From an uncultured bacterium (GTDB lineage: Bacteria; Omnitrophota; Omnitrophia; Omnitrophales; Aquincolibacteriaceae): 64,000 bases of DNA. Under the pieces are notes generated by a model, which saw nothing but the letters and a program-made list of their open reading frames with translations, made no database searches and was not told the origin of the DNA. The stretch lies in contig CAYLPP010000001.1 in assembly GCA_964385615.1 (NCBI GenBank), forward strand, positions 256,484-320,483, written 5' to 3'. Positions 8,430 to 18,229 of this stretch are shown here, in pieces; position 1 is the first letter of the stretch, and each line of letters opens with the position of its first letter. The position numbers and the translations under genes are program-made.

Positions 8430-8852
8430 TCAGATTTTTTTTTCGAGAAGAGAGTGTTCTTCGACTTTTTCCCGGATTTCATCCGGCATCCGGACCGGTT
8501 TAAGCGAAGTGTCAACGAAAGCATGTACCGAAAAACCAGTCGCGATCAATTTCTCGGAGCTTTTTTGAAAAACCCGGTACTCAAAATGAATTGAGGTCCC
8601 GCCCATCTGACTGACGCTGGTGCGGACTACAATCAAATCATCATAAGTGGAGGGCGAGTAGTACTGAGCGCCCGTTTTAATTACAGGGAGAAAGTAGCCT
8701 TTCTTCTCGCATTCCGTGTAAGGCATTCCCAGCGCGCGGAAATACTCCGTCCGCGCCGCTTCAAACCAGGTGAAATAGTTTCCGTAATAGCCGATTCCCA
8801 TTTTGTCGGTATCGCCGTAACGGACACGGTACTCAAAATCAAAATATTTCAC
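8430..8852 (-). CDS. acyl-CoA thioesterase, YbgC/4HBT hotdog family
   Basis: 140 aa; YRVRYGDTD…GYYGNYFTWFE matches the 4HBT/YbgC thioesterase signature. Confidence 0.8.
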   Translation of the reverse strand: MKYFDFEYRVRYGDTDKMGIGYYGNYFTWFEAARTEYFRALGMPYTECEKKGYFLPVIKTGAQYYSPSTYDDLIVVRTSVSQMGGTSIHFEYRVFQKSSEKLIATGFSVHAFVDTSLKPVRMPDEIREKVEEHSLLEKKI

Positions 8853-9268
8853 GCTGTTTCCTTTGTTTTAATAAAAACACGAGCCAGAACCAGGGCTAAC
8901 GCGGTGCCCGTCAAGTCGGCCAGCCAGTCATAGAAGTCACAGGATCTGCCGGGAACATAGAGTTGGCATACCTCCGTCACAACCCCCATGATACTGCCAT
9001 AAAAAAGGGCAAGCACAAAACTCTTACTGCGGAAGAAAGAAGGTTTTGCTTTGCGAAAAGCATGAACCGCGACGAGGGCCAAAATAAAATATTCCGTTCC
9101 GTGAATGACCTTGTCATTAAACTGGGCCAGGAAACCGGGGATTTTGCGCGGAGGCAGAATAGCACTTTGAAAAACGATTAAACTGACGGCGAAGAACGGC
9201 ACCCAGCCCAACAGCCAGCGTTCAAGAAATCCGGATACGGAATCAGAGGGATTCTTTGAGGTGGTCAA
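8849..9268 (-). CDS. VanZ-like membrane protein
   Basis: 139 aa with 4 predicted TM segments and a VanZ-like conserved core. It overlaps the dnaJ 3' end by 26 nt and ybgC by 4 nt. Confidence 0.65.
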   Translation of the reverse strand: MTTSKNPSDSVSGFLERWLLGWVPFFAVSLIVFQSAILPPRKIPGFLAQFNDKVIHGTEYFILALVAVHAFRKAKPSFFRSKSFVLALFYGSIMGVVTEVCQLYVPGRSCDFYDWLADLTGTALALVLARVFIKTKETA

Positions 9269-10376
9269 AAAAACCTTTCTTGTGGCGGGTCTGATTTTTA
9301 CCGCCGCGCGACTTGGCGAATTCCTGCAGAAGCTTTTTTTGTTCTGGAGTTAAATCATCCGGCACTTCAATTTCAACACGCACGTACTGTTCCCCGCGGT
9401 GCTGACCGCGGCCGAGAACAGGAAGACCCTGCTCTTTGATTTTAAAAATTTTACCAGAAGGCGTTCCCGCCGGAATTTTCAGGGAAGTTTCCGCTTCCAG
9501 CGTAGGCACCGGAACATCTCCGCCTAGAGCGGCTGACGTAAAAGGAATCAGAATTTCGCAGTAAAGATCCGCACCGCGGCGCTCGAAAAAAGAATGCTCT
9601 TTCACGCGGACATAGACATAAAGGTCTCCGCGAGGACCGCCTTTGGCGCCGGCCTCACCTTCTCCGGTCACCTTCAGCCGGGTTTCATTCTCAATGCCGG
9701 CGGGCACCTTAATGCTCAGTTTCCGTACCTTTTTAACGCGTCCTTCCCCTCTACAGACGGAACATGGTTTTTCAATTTTCTCACCCTCCCCCTGACAGGT
9801 TGGGCAAGTCCGGCGCATCGTAAAAAATCCCTGGCTGACACGAACTTCTCCATGTCCCCCGCAATCCCGGCAAACGGTTTTCTTGGAACCTTTTTCGGCG
9901 CCTTCACCGGAACATTCAGTGCAGGTTTCACGCCGGGGAATTTCGATCGGAACTTCCTTACCTTTAAGAACTTCTTCCAGCGTCAGCTCAAGGCCCATCT
10001 CCATATCGGACCCTCGCCGGCCCCGGCCGCCCTGACGCCCACGGCCTCCTCCCACGCCGAAGAAATCTTCAAAAATATCGCCAAACACATCCCCAAAACC
10101 GCGGAAACTGTCTTCAAAACCTTCAAAGCCCTGAAAACCGCGCCCGCCTAAAGAATGGCCGAACTGGTCATATTGAGCTCTTTTGGAAGAATCGCTTAAA
10201 ACCGCGTAGGCTTCGGCGGCTTCCTTAAATTTTTCTTCAGCCTGTTTATCCCCCGGATTACGGTCGGGGTGATATTGCATGGCGATTTTGCGGTAGGCTT
10301 TCTTGATGTCGTCGGCGCCGGCGCTGCGGTCGACACCGATAATTTCATAATAATCACGTTTAGCGGCAGATGCCAT
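9243..10376 (-). CDS. dnaJ: chaperone DnaJ
   Basis: 377 aa: J-domain (YYEIIGV…HPDRN), G/F-rich linker, four CxxCxGxG zinc-finger repeats, C-terminal domain. Confidence 0.95.
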   Translation of the reverse strand: MASAAKRDYYEIIGVDRSAGADDIKKAYRKIAMQYHPDRNPGDKQAEEKFKEAAEAYAVLSDSSKRAQYDQFGHSLGGRGFQGFEGFEDSFRGFGDVFGDIFEDFFGVGGGRGRQGGRGRRGSDMEMGLELTLEEVLKGKEVPIEIPRRETCTECSGEGAEKGSKKTVCRDCGGHGEVRVSQGFFTMRRTCPTCQGEGEKIEKPCSVCRGEGRVKKVRKLSIKVPAGIENETRLKVTGEGEAGAKGGPRGDLYVYVRVKEHSFFERRGADLYCEILIPFTSAALGGDVPVPTLEAETSLKIPAGTPSGKIFKIKEQGLPVLGRGQHRGEQYVRVEIEVPDDLTPEQKKLLQEFAKSRGGKNQTRHKKGFFDHLKESL

Positions 10377-10392
10377 AATCGAAGCGGAACAA

Positions 10393-10956
10393 TCAGGTCA
10401 GATTGTCCTGCTTTTCCTCCTCTGCGTTCTGATTTTGCGGGGAGGCACCGCGCACGCGGACTTTGGCGGCACGAAGCAGGCGGTCGTGGAGAGAATAGCC
10501 GGGCTCGACTTCTTCGACCACGACGTTTTCTTTCCCCTTGTCATGGACATATCCCACCGCTTCATGTTTATGCGGGTCAAAGTCTTCCCCAATGCTGACA
10601 ATCCGTTTGAGGCCCTGGCTTTTTAAAATTTCCGTCATCTGTTTAAAAACCATCTGAACACCGGTCAGAACAGCTTTAGCGGGACCATCAGCGCCGGCGG
10701 GAATATGCGCCAGCGCGCGTTCAAAATTATCCAAAACCGGAAGCAAATCACGAAGTAACGTTTCCTGGCTGTATTTGACAAATTCTTCCTTGTCGCGCGC
10801 CAGCCTCTTTTTTGCATTCTCAAAATCCGCGGCGGAACGCACGAAACGCTCGCGCATACCTTCAAGTTCAGCAACTTTCGCGCGGAGCTGTTCCAGTTCT
10901 TGCTGAGATTCGGAATTCTCCGGAGAAGGTCCGGAAGTTTGCGGTTCGGAACTCAT
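10393..10956 (-). CDS. grpE: nucleotide exchange factor GrpE
   Basis: 187 aa with a GrpE-like coiled-coil and C-terminal beta domain. It lies directly between hrcA and dnaJ. Confidence 0.9.
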   Translation of the reverse strand: MSSEPQTSGPSPENSESQQELEQLRAKVAELEGMRERFVRSAADFENAKKRLARDKEEFVKYSQETLLRDLLPVLDNFERALAHIPAGADGPAKAVLTGVQMVFKQMTEILKSQGLKRIVSIGEDFDPHKHEAVGYVHDKGKENVVVEEVEPGYSLHDRLLRAAKVRVRGASPQNQNAEEEKQDNLT

Positions 10957-11723
10957 GAGAAAAAACGTCCTCCTTGAATCGCGGATTCAACCATCTGACT
11001 CATGCGGGAAATCAGCGGTAAAACGCGGGAATAACGCATCCGGCGAGGCCCGATCAGAGCCAAGGTTCCGGTTTTTCCGCCCTGCGTCTGGTAACGGCCG
11101 GTCACCACCGAACATCCGCGAAAAACAGGGTTCCCGTTTTCCTCGCCGATTTTAACCATAACAGGCTGAGGCGCTAAGGTTCCCTGAAAACATTGCTGGA
11201 GGCTTTGGCGGTCTTCGAAAATTTTCAAAAGCGGTTTAACGGCCGTCATATCCTGAAATTCAGGCTGATCAAGGAGCCGGCTGGATCCCTGCACGTAACA
11301 GCGGGATTTGGCTCCGCGGTCTTCGGGAAGCGTAACCACGCCAACCTGCTCAGATAACGCGGAAAGAACCGCTGAAACCTTTTCAGCTAAATCATCAAGC
11401 TCGCGCGCCGCTTCAAAAAGCTCACGGGCCACCTTGCGTAAGGTATCCGCCGGCAGACTTTCCTGCTGAAGGCTGTTATCCACGTAATAACGGTAACCTT
11501 GATCGGTTGGGACCCGGCCCGCGGAAGTATGGGGATGCGTCAAATAACCGGTTTCTTCCAAAACTCCCATTTCGTGCCTAACTGTGGCAGGAGAATAAGA
11601 CCGGCGGTAAATTTCATTGAAAAGCCCGGTAATCTGCAGGGAGCCTACAGGCTGGGCAGTTTCCACGTGCGTATCAATGACACGGGTCAAAATGGCTTGT
11701 TGTCTGGGAGAAAGCGGCTGCAT
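10953..11723 (-). CDS. hrcA: heat-inducible transcription repressor HrcA (compact, 256 aa)
   Basis: N-terminal wHTH LSPRQQAILTRVI…PVGS and C-terminal GTLALIGPRRMRYSRVLPLI are HrcA hallmarks. It is about 80 aa shorter than typical HrcA. Confidence 0.85.
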   Translation of the reverse strand: MQPLSPRQQAILTRVIDTHVETAQPVGSLQITGLFNEIYRRSYSPATVRHEMGVLEETGYLTHPHTSAGRVPTDQGYRYYVDNSLQQESLPADTLRKVARELFEAARELDDLAEKVSAVLSALSEQVGVVTLPEDRGAKSRCYVQGSSRLLDQPEFQDMTAVKPLLKIFEDRQSLQQCFQGTLAPQPVMVKIGEENGNPVFRGCSVVTGRYQTQGGKTGTLALIGPRRMRYSRVLPLISRMSQMVESAIQGGRFFS

Positions 11724-11772
11724 AGGGGCGTTATGATAGCAAAAAAGAAGGTATTCCTCAACCTGGAAGGAT

Positions 11773-13149
11773 TTAGACTTTGGACAGGGTCATCAAACCC
11801 TGGAGCATGACTTTTTTACGGCGGAAAAGCTCGAGATCATCCCGCCCGATCACCCAGGGCGCGGATTCCTGGGCCAAATTTAATTTCAGGTAGTCAAAAT
11901 TTGAAAATTGATAACTGCGGAGAAGATCCACGAACTCACGCGAAGCGAGGGTCAAAAGATAAATCATATCTTCATGAAGCGCCATCGACTGTTTGCGGTA
12001 ATTGTTTAAATCGCGAAGCACGGCTTCCGTTTCAAGTGAGAAGTAAGGAGTTTGCGGGTTCTCATCGTGATAAACGAAATCCATTTTAGCTTCACGGAAC
12101 GTGTTTTGGATCCGCTCATCCACGGCAATAATCCCCTGAAGGCGGCGCGTCAGCTGCTGGGCCAGAAAAGCTCCCATCTGAACGTCTTCAACCTGAAATT
12201 CCGTTTCCCACTGATCCAGGTTTTCCTGAATCTGAAGCTCTTTGGGAAAAGGGATTTTTTCCATCTGCCCCGAATCATTCTTATATTGAAACGGCACAAT
12301 ACGGGCGATTTTCCCTTCCTCCCCCTGCAGGACAAGGATAAAAAGATACTGAAGTTCCGCGGCTTCCTTCCGGCCGGGAATCGAAGCTTCCGTTTTCGCG
12401 TAGACCAGAACCTGGTTTCTGTTTACCGCCGCACTGCGCATATCAACCACATCCCAGACAGGCTTCTGACTTTCAGGAGCTCCCGCGGGCCGGGCCATGT
12501 CAAAAAAAAGTTTCTGAAGCGCTTCCGTGCTCATAGTGTCCCCAAAATAACGGGCCTGAATCTGAGCGACATCCAGATCTTCAAGATCTTTAAAAAATTT
12601 ATGGACGGGCTTATGCCAGATAACCGCGCGGTTCAGTCTCAGCTCATGGACCACGCGCTTGCGGTATTCATTGCGGGAAATATCCCAGACGCGCACGCGC
12701 TTGATATCATTGACGCATCCGGTCAGCACCAGCTGCATGCCGGTCTTTTCAGAATCCGTGGCTTCAAGCACGTAAAAATCCAGAGGGCGGTCAGTGCTGA
12801 GCAAAACGCGGGAAACAGAAAAGAGAACGTCTTCGACTTTCTCCAGAGCTTCCGGCGAGGGTTCGAAAAGAGTTTCAAGATTGCGGACTTTTCCGGTGAC
12901 CGCGGCTTCCTTGAAATCAGCGGCAAAAAGCTTCTTGAGCGGAAGGTAAACACCGATGGTCTTACCGTTGATTTTGACGTCAACGTCTTCAATGCCGTAT
13001 TCCTTACGGCAGATATCCCCAAGAGCTTCTTTCAGTTTGTCGGCAGGATAGGACTGCGTCATACAGCCGGAGCTCATGACTGAAAGCAAAAGACCGGCTA
13101 TCCAAAATATCCTCTTACCGGAACAAATCAACGACCTGCTTTGCTTCAC
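11773..13149 (-). CDS. lipoprotein of unknown function (458 aa), translationally coupled to the upstream FtsH paralog
   Basis: Signal peptide plus lipobox (LLSVMSSGC). No recognisable domain. The start overlaps the ftsH-like stop by 4 nt (13146-13149). Confidence 0.7.
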   Translation of the reverse strand: MKQSRSLICSGKRIFWIAGLLLSVMSSGCMTQSYPADKLKEALGDICRKEYGIEDVDVKINGKTIGVYLPLKKLFAADFKEAAVTGKVRNLETLFEPSPEALEKVEDVLFSVSRVLLSTDRPLDFYVLEATDSEKTGMQLVLTGCVNDIKRVRVWDISRNEYRKRVVHELRLNRAVIWHKPVHKFFKDLEDLDVAQIQARYFGDTMSTEALQKLFFDMARPAGAPESQKPVWDVVDMRSAAVNRNQVLVYAKTEASIPGRKEAAELQYLFILVLQGEEGKIARIVPFQYKNDSGQMEKIPFPKELQIQENLDQWETEFQVEDVQMGAFLAQQLTRRLQGIIAVDERIQNTFREAKMDFVYHDENPQTPYFSLETEAVLRDLNNYRKQSMALHEDMIYLLTLASREFVDLLRSYQFSNFDYLKLNLAQESAPWVIGRDDLELFRRKKVMLQGLMTLSKV

Positions 13150-14792
13150 TCTGGAGAAACATCCTTTTCCTTCTTGAGGCTGAAACGGCGGGGGTTCATC
13201 TTGCCGTACTCGGCAAAAATCGCTTCGATCTCGTCGTATTCCAGCTCGCCCTTGACCAGGAGTTCGTGGGCGAAGCGCTCAAAAAGCACATTTTCCTTCT
13301 TTAAAAGCTCTTCCACATCCGCCAGGCACTGCTTAAGAATCTTGTCAGTGTCCTGGTTCAGACGGTTTTTGGTTTCGGCTGAAAGCTCAGATTCAGGAAT
13401 GGAGCTGTAGTCCCCAACCAATCCTGAAGGCCCCATACCCAAACGCCAGACCATTGTATGAGCGATTCTCATGGCACCGCGGAAATCGCTGGAAACTCCG
13501 CTGGTGGTCGTGCCGTATTTCACTTTTTCGGCAACATAACCGGCCAGAAAAGATTTGATATCCGCCATCATGACTTCACGGTCCTGAGAAAACCACTCCT
13601 CAATCGCTTGAGGATGAACCACGCCCAGCGTTCCTTTGCGGGGAATGATGGAAGCTTTAAACACGTCATTACGCGGATGGATCAAATAACCGACAATCAA
13701 GTGGCCGGTTTCATGATAGGCCGTCATTTCTTTTTCTTTATCCGTCATGCGCACGCGGTTTTTCACGCCGAGTTCAATGCGCTCAATAGCTTCGGAAATT
13801 TCCTTGAGAGAAACGGTTTCCTTGCCGTTACGCGTGGCAATCAGCGCGGATTCCTTGACGATATTTTCAATTTCCGCGGGAGTTTTCCCAACCGCTTTAC
13901 GGGCGAGGCGGCCGATGTCAATCGACGCTTCGTGATTGACCTTCCCAAGATAAAATTTGAAGAGTGCTTCACGGCCTTCCAGACCAGGTTTGGTGATATA
14001 AACTTTGCGGTCAAACCGGCCGGGGCGAAGCAGCGCGTCATCCAGCACTTCTTCAGACGCGTTCGTCGCGCCGATTACGATCACGTTTTCAGCTTTACCG
14101 CCAAGACCATCCATTTCAACGAGAAGCTGGTTCTGTGTATTATTGCTTTCCGCGCCGCCGAACTGGTTGAAAGTTCTCTTATGGCCCATCGCGTCAAGTT
14201 CGTCGATGAAAATAATGCAGCCGCCGAAACCGTACGCGAGACTTCTAGCTTTCTGGAAAAGAGTGCGGATACGGCTGGAACCCACGCCGACGAAAACTTC
14301 GTTAAATTCGCTGGCCGCCATGGAAAGAAACGGCAGACCGGCTTCCGTCGCGATCGCTTTGGCGAGATAAGTTTTTCCGCAGCCCGGAGGTCCAATCATG
14401 AGAATGCCGCGCAGAATTTTTCCGCCGATTTTTTTAAGCTTAGCGTGATCTTTGATCAGTTGAACAACTTCCCAGCATTCTTCTTTCGCTTCATCAATGC
14501 CGATCACGTCGGAAAATTTAATGCTGACGTCTTTGGCTTTAACGCTTTTCTTGTCAATCTTCGTGAACCCGCCCTTGAGTACCAGCGCGTACATATAAAC
14601 GAAGACCAAGCTGTTGACGATGACAAGCAGAATGGAAATGGGCATCTGAGCGAGTGTGATATTGCGGTAATAGCTTTCCAACGACATCATGCCGTAGATG
14701 GAAAGAACGATCAGGAGAATAACGCCTGAGATCACCAGGATTTTAACCCGGTTATTCAGCCAGTGCATTTTCAAACGGCGTCCGTAATTCAT
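13146..14792 (-). CDS. ftsH: ATP-dependent zinc metalloprotease FtsH paralog with minimal periplasmic loop
   Basis: 548 aa: two N-terminal TM helices separated by only about 20 aa, AAA+ module (GPPGCGKT Walker A, DELD Walker B) and M41 peptidase with the HETGH zinc motif. Confidence 0.85.
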   Translation of the reverse strand: MNYGRRLKMHWLNNRVKILVISGVILLIVLSIYGMMSLESYYRNITLAQMPISILLVIVNSLVFVYMYALVLKGGFTKIDKKSVKAKDVSIKFSDVIGIDEAKEECWEVVQLIKDHAKLKKIGGKILRGILMIGPPGCGKTYLAKAIATEAGLPFLSMAASEFNEVFVGVGSSRIRTLFQKARSLAYGFGGCIIFIDELDAMGHKRTFNQFGGAESNNTQNQLLVEMDGLGGKAENVIVIGATNASEEVLDDALLRPGRFDRKVYITKPGLEGREALFKFYLGKVNHEASIDIGRLARKAVGKTPAEIENIVKESALIATRNGKETVSLKEISEAIERIELGVKNRVRMTDKEKEMTAYHETGHLIVGYLIHPRNDVFKASIIPRKGTLGVVHPQAIEEWFSQDREVMMADIKSFLAGYVAEKVKYGTTTSGVSSDFRGAMRIAHTMVWRLGMGPSGLVGDYSSIPESELSAETKNRLNQDTDKILKQCLADVEELLKKENVLFERFAHELLVKGELEYDEIEAIFAEYGKMNPRRFSLKKEKDVSPE

Positions 14793-14855
14793 TTCATGCT
14801 CCGATCTTATTAAAATACAATAACTTACAAAATGAAGACTGATAATTGTCCGGTA

Positions 14856-14885
14856 ATGATACTCTCTATTTTAAACCCTTGTCAA
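14856..14885 (-). promoter_or_regulatory. putative sigma70 promoter of the ftsH-lipoprotein-hrcA-grpE-dnaJ unit
   Basis: Minus strand reads TTGACA-18 nt-TATCAT about 60 nt upstream of the ftsH start. No CIRCE inverted repeat was found nearby. Confidence 0.35.
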
Positions 14886-14916
14886 CTGGCAGGCTTTGCT
14901 CAATATACGCCTGAAA

Positions 14917-15318
14917 TCAGGTCTTGGATGGGGTTGTTCCGGAGAAACTGTCTTCATCCTCTTCTGACCACCAGCTTTCCTCATCATCAACGGCTTTTTT
15001 GGCCGATTCTTGACCCGCTCCCCCCTGAGATTCCCAGAGTCCCTGCCCGGTTTCTTCGGGCGCTTCCGCCTGGGGCTCCGTCTTCTTATTGACGGGAGCT
15101 TTGACCATAAACTGGTTGCTTCCTCCTCCGTAAAATGTCATGGAAGGGCTGGGAGCTCCCTTTTTGCCGTCTTTTTCCTCTTCAAGCTTCTGCTGGAGAG
15201 AAATAGGGCTGGTCTGGGCCTCCGTCACCGTCAGCACATCTTCCTTCTTGCGAATACTCCCCATCGCCAGGAAAGCGATTAAAACAACCACCCCCAGCTT
15301 GAGAAACTTGCCGTTCAT
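14917..15318 (-). CDS. hypothetical membrane-anchored protein with acidic Glu/Asp/Trp-rich C-terminus
   Basis: ORF 14917..15357; the likely start is the internal MNGKFLKLGVVVLIAFLAMGS, which is a single TM or signal anchor. No recognisable domain. Confidence 0.5.
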   Translation of the reverse strand: MNGKFLKLGVVVLIAFLAMGSIRKKEDVLTVTEAQTSPISLQQKLEEEKDGKKGAPSPSMTFYGGGSNQFMVKAPVNKKTEPQAEAPEETGQGLWESQGGAGQESAKKAVDDEESWWSEEDEDSFSGTTPSKT

Positions 15319-15366
15319 AACCCCTCCAGGAAGGTATTCAAAAGATACATTCCTCACAGCAAAAGA

Positions 15367-18168
15367 TCAAACCACACCCGGTTTGACGGAAACTTCCTGT
15401 AGATGCTTCAATAAAAATTGCCCCGTATAAGACCCTTTAACTTTCAGAATCCCCTCTAAGTCTCCCGCGTAAATCAGTTCCCCGCCTTTGTCCCCGCCTT
15501 CCGGCCCCAGATCAACCACCGCATCCGCAGAGCGGATGACTTCCATATTGTGCTCAATGATGACCAGAGAATGGCCCCGGTTCAGGAGTTCATCAAAAGC
15601 TTCCATGAGGTAGTGAATATCGTGATAGTGAAGGCCCGTAGTCGGTTCATCAAAAAGGTAAAGAATATGTCCGTCTTTTTTTTCCGACATTTCAAAAGCC
15701 AGCTTCATGCGCTGAGCTTCCCCGCCGGAAAGAGTCGTCGCTGACTGACCAAGGCGTAAATAACCCAGCCCAACTTTTCTGAGAATGGAAAATTTCTGGA
15801 AAAGATTTTTTTCATTTTTAAAAAATTCGGACGCGTCATCAACCGTCATGGAGAGCACATCATCCACATTTCTGCCTTGATAGGTAACTTCCAGAATTTC
15901 CGGTTTAAATCTTTTCCCCCGGCATTGCTCGCAGGTCATGTAAATATCCGCCAGGAAATGCATTTCCACCTTGATCCGGCCGTCGCCTTTGCAGGCAGGA
16001 CACCGGCCTCCGTCCACGTTGAAAGAAAAATGGCCGGGCTCAAACCCTTCCCGCTTGGCCTGACCCGTCGCCGCGAAAAGTTTTCGAATGTCATCAAAAG
16101 CGTTCAGATACGTCGCGGGATTGGAACGGGGCGTGCGTCCGATCGGCGACTGATCCACGACGACCATTTCATCAATCTGCTCAAACCCTTCGATTTTTTT
16201 AACCTGCCCCAGATCCTGAACGGGGCGGCCGCGGTAGCGCAGGTACTGTTTATGAAGAATATCGTAAAGCAGTGTGCTTTTCCCTGAGCCGGAGACACCG
16301 GTAATCACGACGAAAGACTCCAGCGGAATAGAAACAGAAATATTTTTAAGATTATTCTGAACCGCGCCTTGGATCTTGATGAATTTCTGTTTTTTGGGTT
16401 TATTTCCGGAGCGTCTCTTGACCTCCATCCTCCCGGATAAATATTGGCCTGTCAAAGACTCCCGGCTTTTTTTAATCTGTGAAACGCTTCCCTGAAAAAG
16501 AATCCGCCCTCCGCCTTCACCGCCCGAAGGTCCCAGATCGATAATTTCATCCGCGGCTTCCATCATCGCGCGGTCATGTTCAACCACCACCACGGTGTTG
16601 CCAAGTTCACGAAGACGGTGAAGAAGGCTGATCAGAAGATGATTGTCCCGCTCGTGAAGACCCACACTGGGTTCGTCCAGAACATAAAGAGTATCGACAA
16701 GCGCTGAACCCAGCGAGGTCGCCAAATGAATCCGCTGAACTTCTCCGCCTGAAAGCGTGCGCGATAAACGGCCTAAGCTGAGATAACTGAGCCCGACATC
16801 ATTTAAGAACCGCACGCGGCGCTGGAGCTCCAGATAAACGGGTTCGGCTTTTTCTTTTTCAGCCGCGGAAAGCTTCATGCCGTCAAAAAAATCCCGGACG
16901 GCTTCCAGGCTCATCAGCTGAAGCTCATGGATGTTTTTCCCGCGCACCAAAACCCAAAGTGATTCGGGTTTTAACCGCGTTTCCGCGCAGGTTTTGCAGG
17001 GCTCAAAACAGCGGTACTTCGCCAGGAAAATACGGACATGCATTTTGTAGGTTTTCTTTTCGAGGTATTTAAAAAACTCCTGAACGCTGAAATAATCGCC
17101 TTCTTTCTGATAGGGTTTCCCGGGCTCCCCCGTAAGAATCCAGTCACGATGGGTTTTGGAAAGTTTTTTCCATGGAACATCCATGGGGATTTTCTTCTGC
17201 TTGCAGAATACGGCGAGCCTTTTAGCTTCCCACTCTGAACTGGGTTTGGTCCAGGGCTCAATCGCGCCTTCCGCCAAGGTTTTATTTTCGTCCGGAATGA
17301 CCAGGTTCCAGTCCAGGGTAATGACCCGTCCGAAGCCCTGGCAGACCGGGCAGGCTCCCAGCGGACTATTGAAAGAAAAGAGATTTGGGACAGGTTCCCG
17401 GAAAGTTTTTCCGCAAGAAAAACAGCCTAGTTTTTCAGAGAACTCAAGCAGTTTACCGCCCGCGAAAACCTGGGCTTCGCCTTTGCCGTAGCGGAAGGCC
17501 AGTTCTAACGAATCCATAAGGCGTTTGCGGGACGCAGGTGAAACCTCAACGCTGTCCACAACAACGCGCACATCTTTGATTTTTTTCAGAGAAAGCAGTT
17601 CTTCAGCCGTAAGAATTTTCCCGCCATTAAAAAATTCCGTGAAACCCTGGCGCTCGAGCTCCGGGAGAAATTCTTTAAGATGTTTGGCCGCTTTTTCGCC
17701 AACCGCGACCTTGTAAAGGATCAGGGTTTTCTGACCCGCGTATTTTTCCCGAAGAAATTCCGAAACGCTTTCAGGACGGCTGGCCCGGACTTCAACCTTG
17801 CAATCTGGGCAAAAGGTCAGGCCGATCCGGGCAAAGAAAACCCGGAGATAATCGTTAATTTCCGTTTGGGTTCCAACCGTGGAGCGGGCGTTGGTGATCA
17901 CGTTCTTGGCTTCAATCGCGATCGCGGGAGGGATGCCGGAAACGGAGTCCGCGTCCGGCTTTTCCATGCGCTCCAGAAACTGGCGCGCGTAAGAAGAAAG
18001 GGATTCCACATAGCGGCGCTGGCCCTCAGCATAAAGCGTGTCGAAAGCAAGCGAAGACTTACCTGAACCTGAGACACCAGTTACCACGTAAAGCTTCCGG
18101 TGAGGCAGAATCAGATCAAAATTCTTGAGATTATGGGTTTTGACACCCTGAAGAATAATCGCGTCCAT
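15367..18168 (-). CDS. uvrA: excinuclease ABC subunit A
   Basis: 933 aa with two ABC ATPase modules (GVSGSGKSS twice), zinc-finger insertions and a canonical N-terminus MDAIILQGVKTHNLKN. Confidence 0.95.
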   Translation of the reverse strand: MDAIILQGVKTHNLKNFDLILPHRKLYVVTGVSGSGKSSLAFDTLYAEGQRRYVESLSSYARQFLERMEKPDADSVSGIPPAIAIEAKNVITNARSTVGTQTEINDYLRVFFARIGLTFCPDCKVEVRASRPESVSEFLREKYAGQKTLILYKVAVGEKAAKHLKEFLPELERQGFTEFFNGGKILTAEELLSLKKIKDVRVVVDSVEVSPASRKRLMDSLELAFRYGKGEAQVFAGGKLLEFSEKLGCFSCGKTFREPVPNLFSFNSPLGACPVCQGFGRVITLDWNLVIPDENKTLAEGAIEPWTKPSSEWEAKRLAVFCKQKKIPMDVPWKKLSKTHRDWILTGEPGKPYQKEGDYFSVQEFFKYLEKKTYKMHVRIFLAKYRCFEPCKTCAETRLKPESLWVLVRGKNIHELQLMSLEAVRDFFDGMKLSAAEKEKAEPVYLELQRRVRFLNDVGLSYLSLGRLSRTLSGGEVQRIHLATSLGSALVDTLYVLDEPSVGLHERDNHLLISLLHRLRELGNTVVVVEHDRAMMEAADEIIDLGPSGGEGGGRILFQGSVSQIKKSRESLTGQYLSGRMEVKRRSGNKPKKQKFIKIQGAVQNNLKNISVSIPLESFVVITGVSGSGKSTLLYDILHKQYLRYRGRPVQDLGQVKKIEGFEQIDEMVVVDQSPIGRTPRSNPATYLNAFDDIRKLFAATGQAKREGFEPGHFSFNVDGGRCPACKGDGRIKVEMHFLADIYMTCEQCRGKRFKPEILEVTYQGRNVDDVLSMTVDDASEFFKNEKNLFQKFSILRKVGLGYLRLGQSATTLSGGEAQRMKLAFEMSEKKDGHILYLFDEPTTGLHYHDIHYLMEAFDELLNRGHSLVIIEHNMEVIRSADAVVDLGPEGGDKGGELIYAGDLEGILKVKGSYTGQFLLKHLQEVSVKPGVV

Positions 18169-18171
18169 AAA

Positions 18172-18206
18172 TAAAAAAGGGGCGGCGCTTGGTTTCGCGC
18201 CGCCCC
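18172..18206 (-). terminator. strong intrinsic terminator (10-bp GC stem GGGGCGGCGC/GCGCCGCCCC, 8-nt loop, then TTTTTTAT on minus strand)
   Basis: Seen directly. It is downstream of the OM-protein operon (lipoprotein stop at 18230) and ends 4 nt before the uvrA ATG. Confidence 0.65.
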
Positions 18207-18229
18207 TGCATTATACACCAAATTCCGGT

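Noticed and set aside
11724-11772. Expected CIRCE operator upstream of hrcA
   Set aside because: The 50-nt hrcA-lipoprotein spacer and the region upstream of the ftsH paralog contain no TTAGCACTC-N9-GAGTGCTAA-like inverted repeat. CIRCE is presumably at groESL/dnaK elsewhere.
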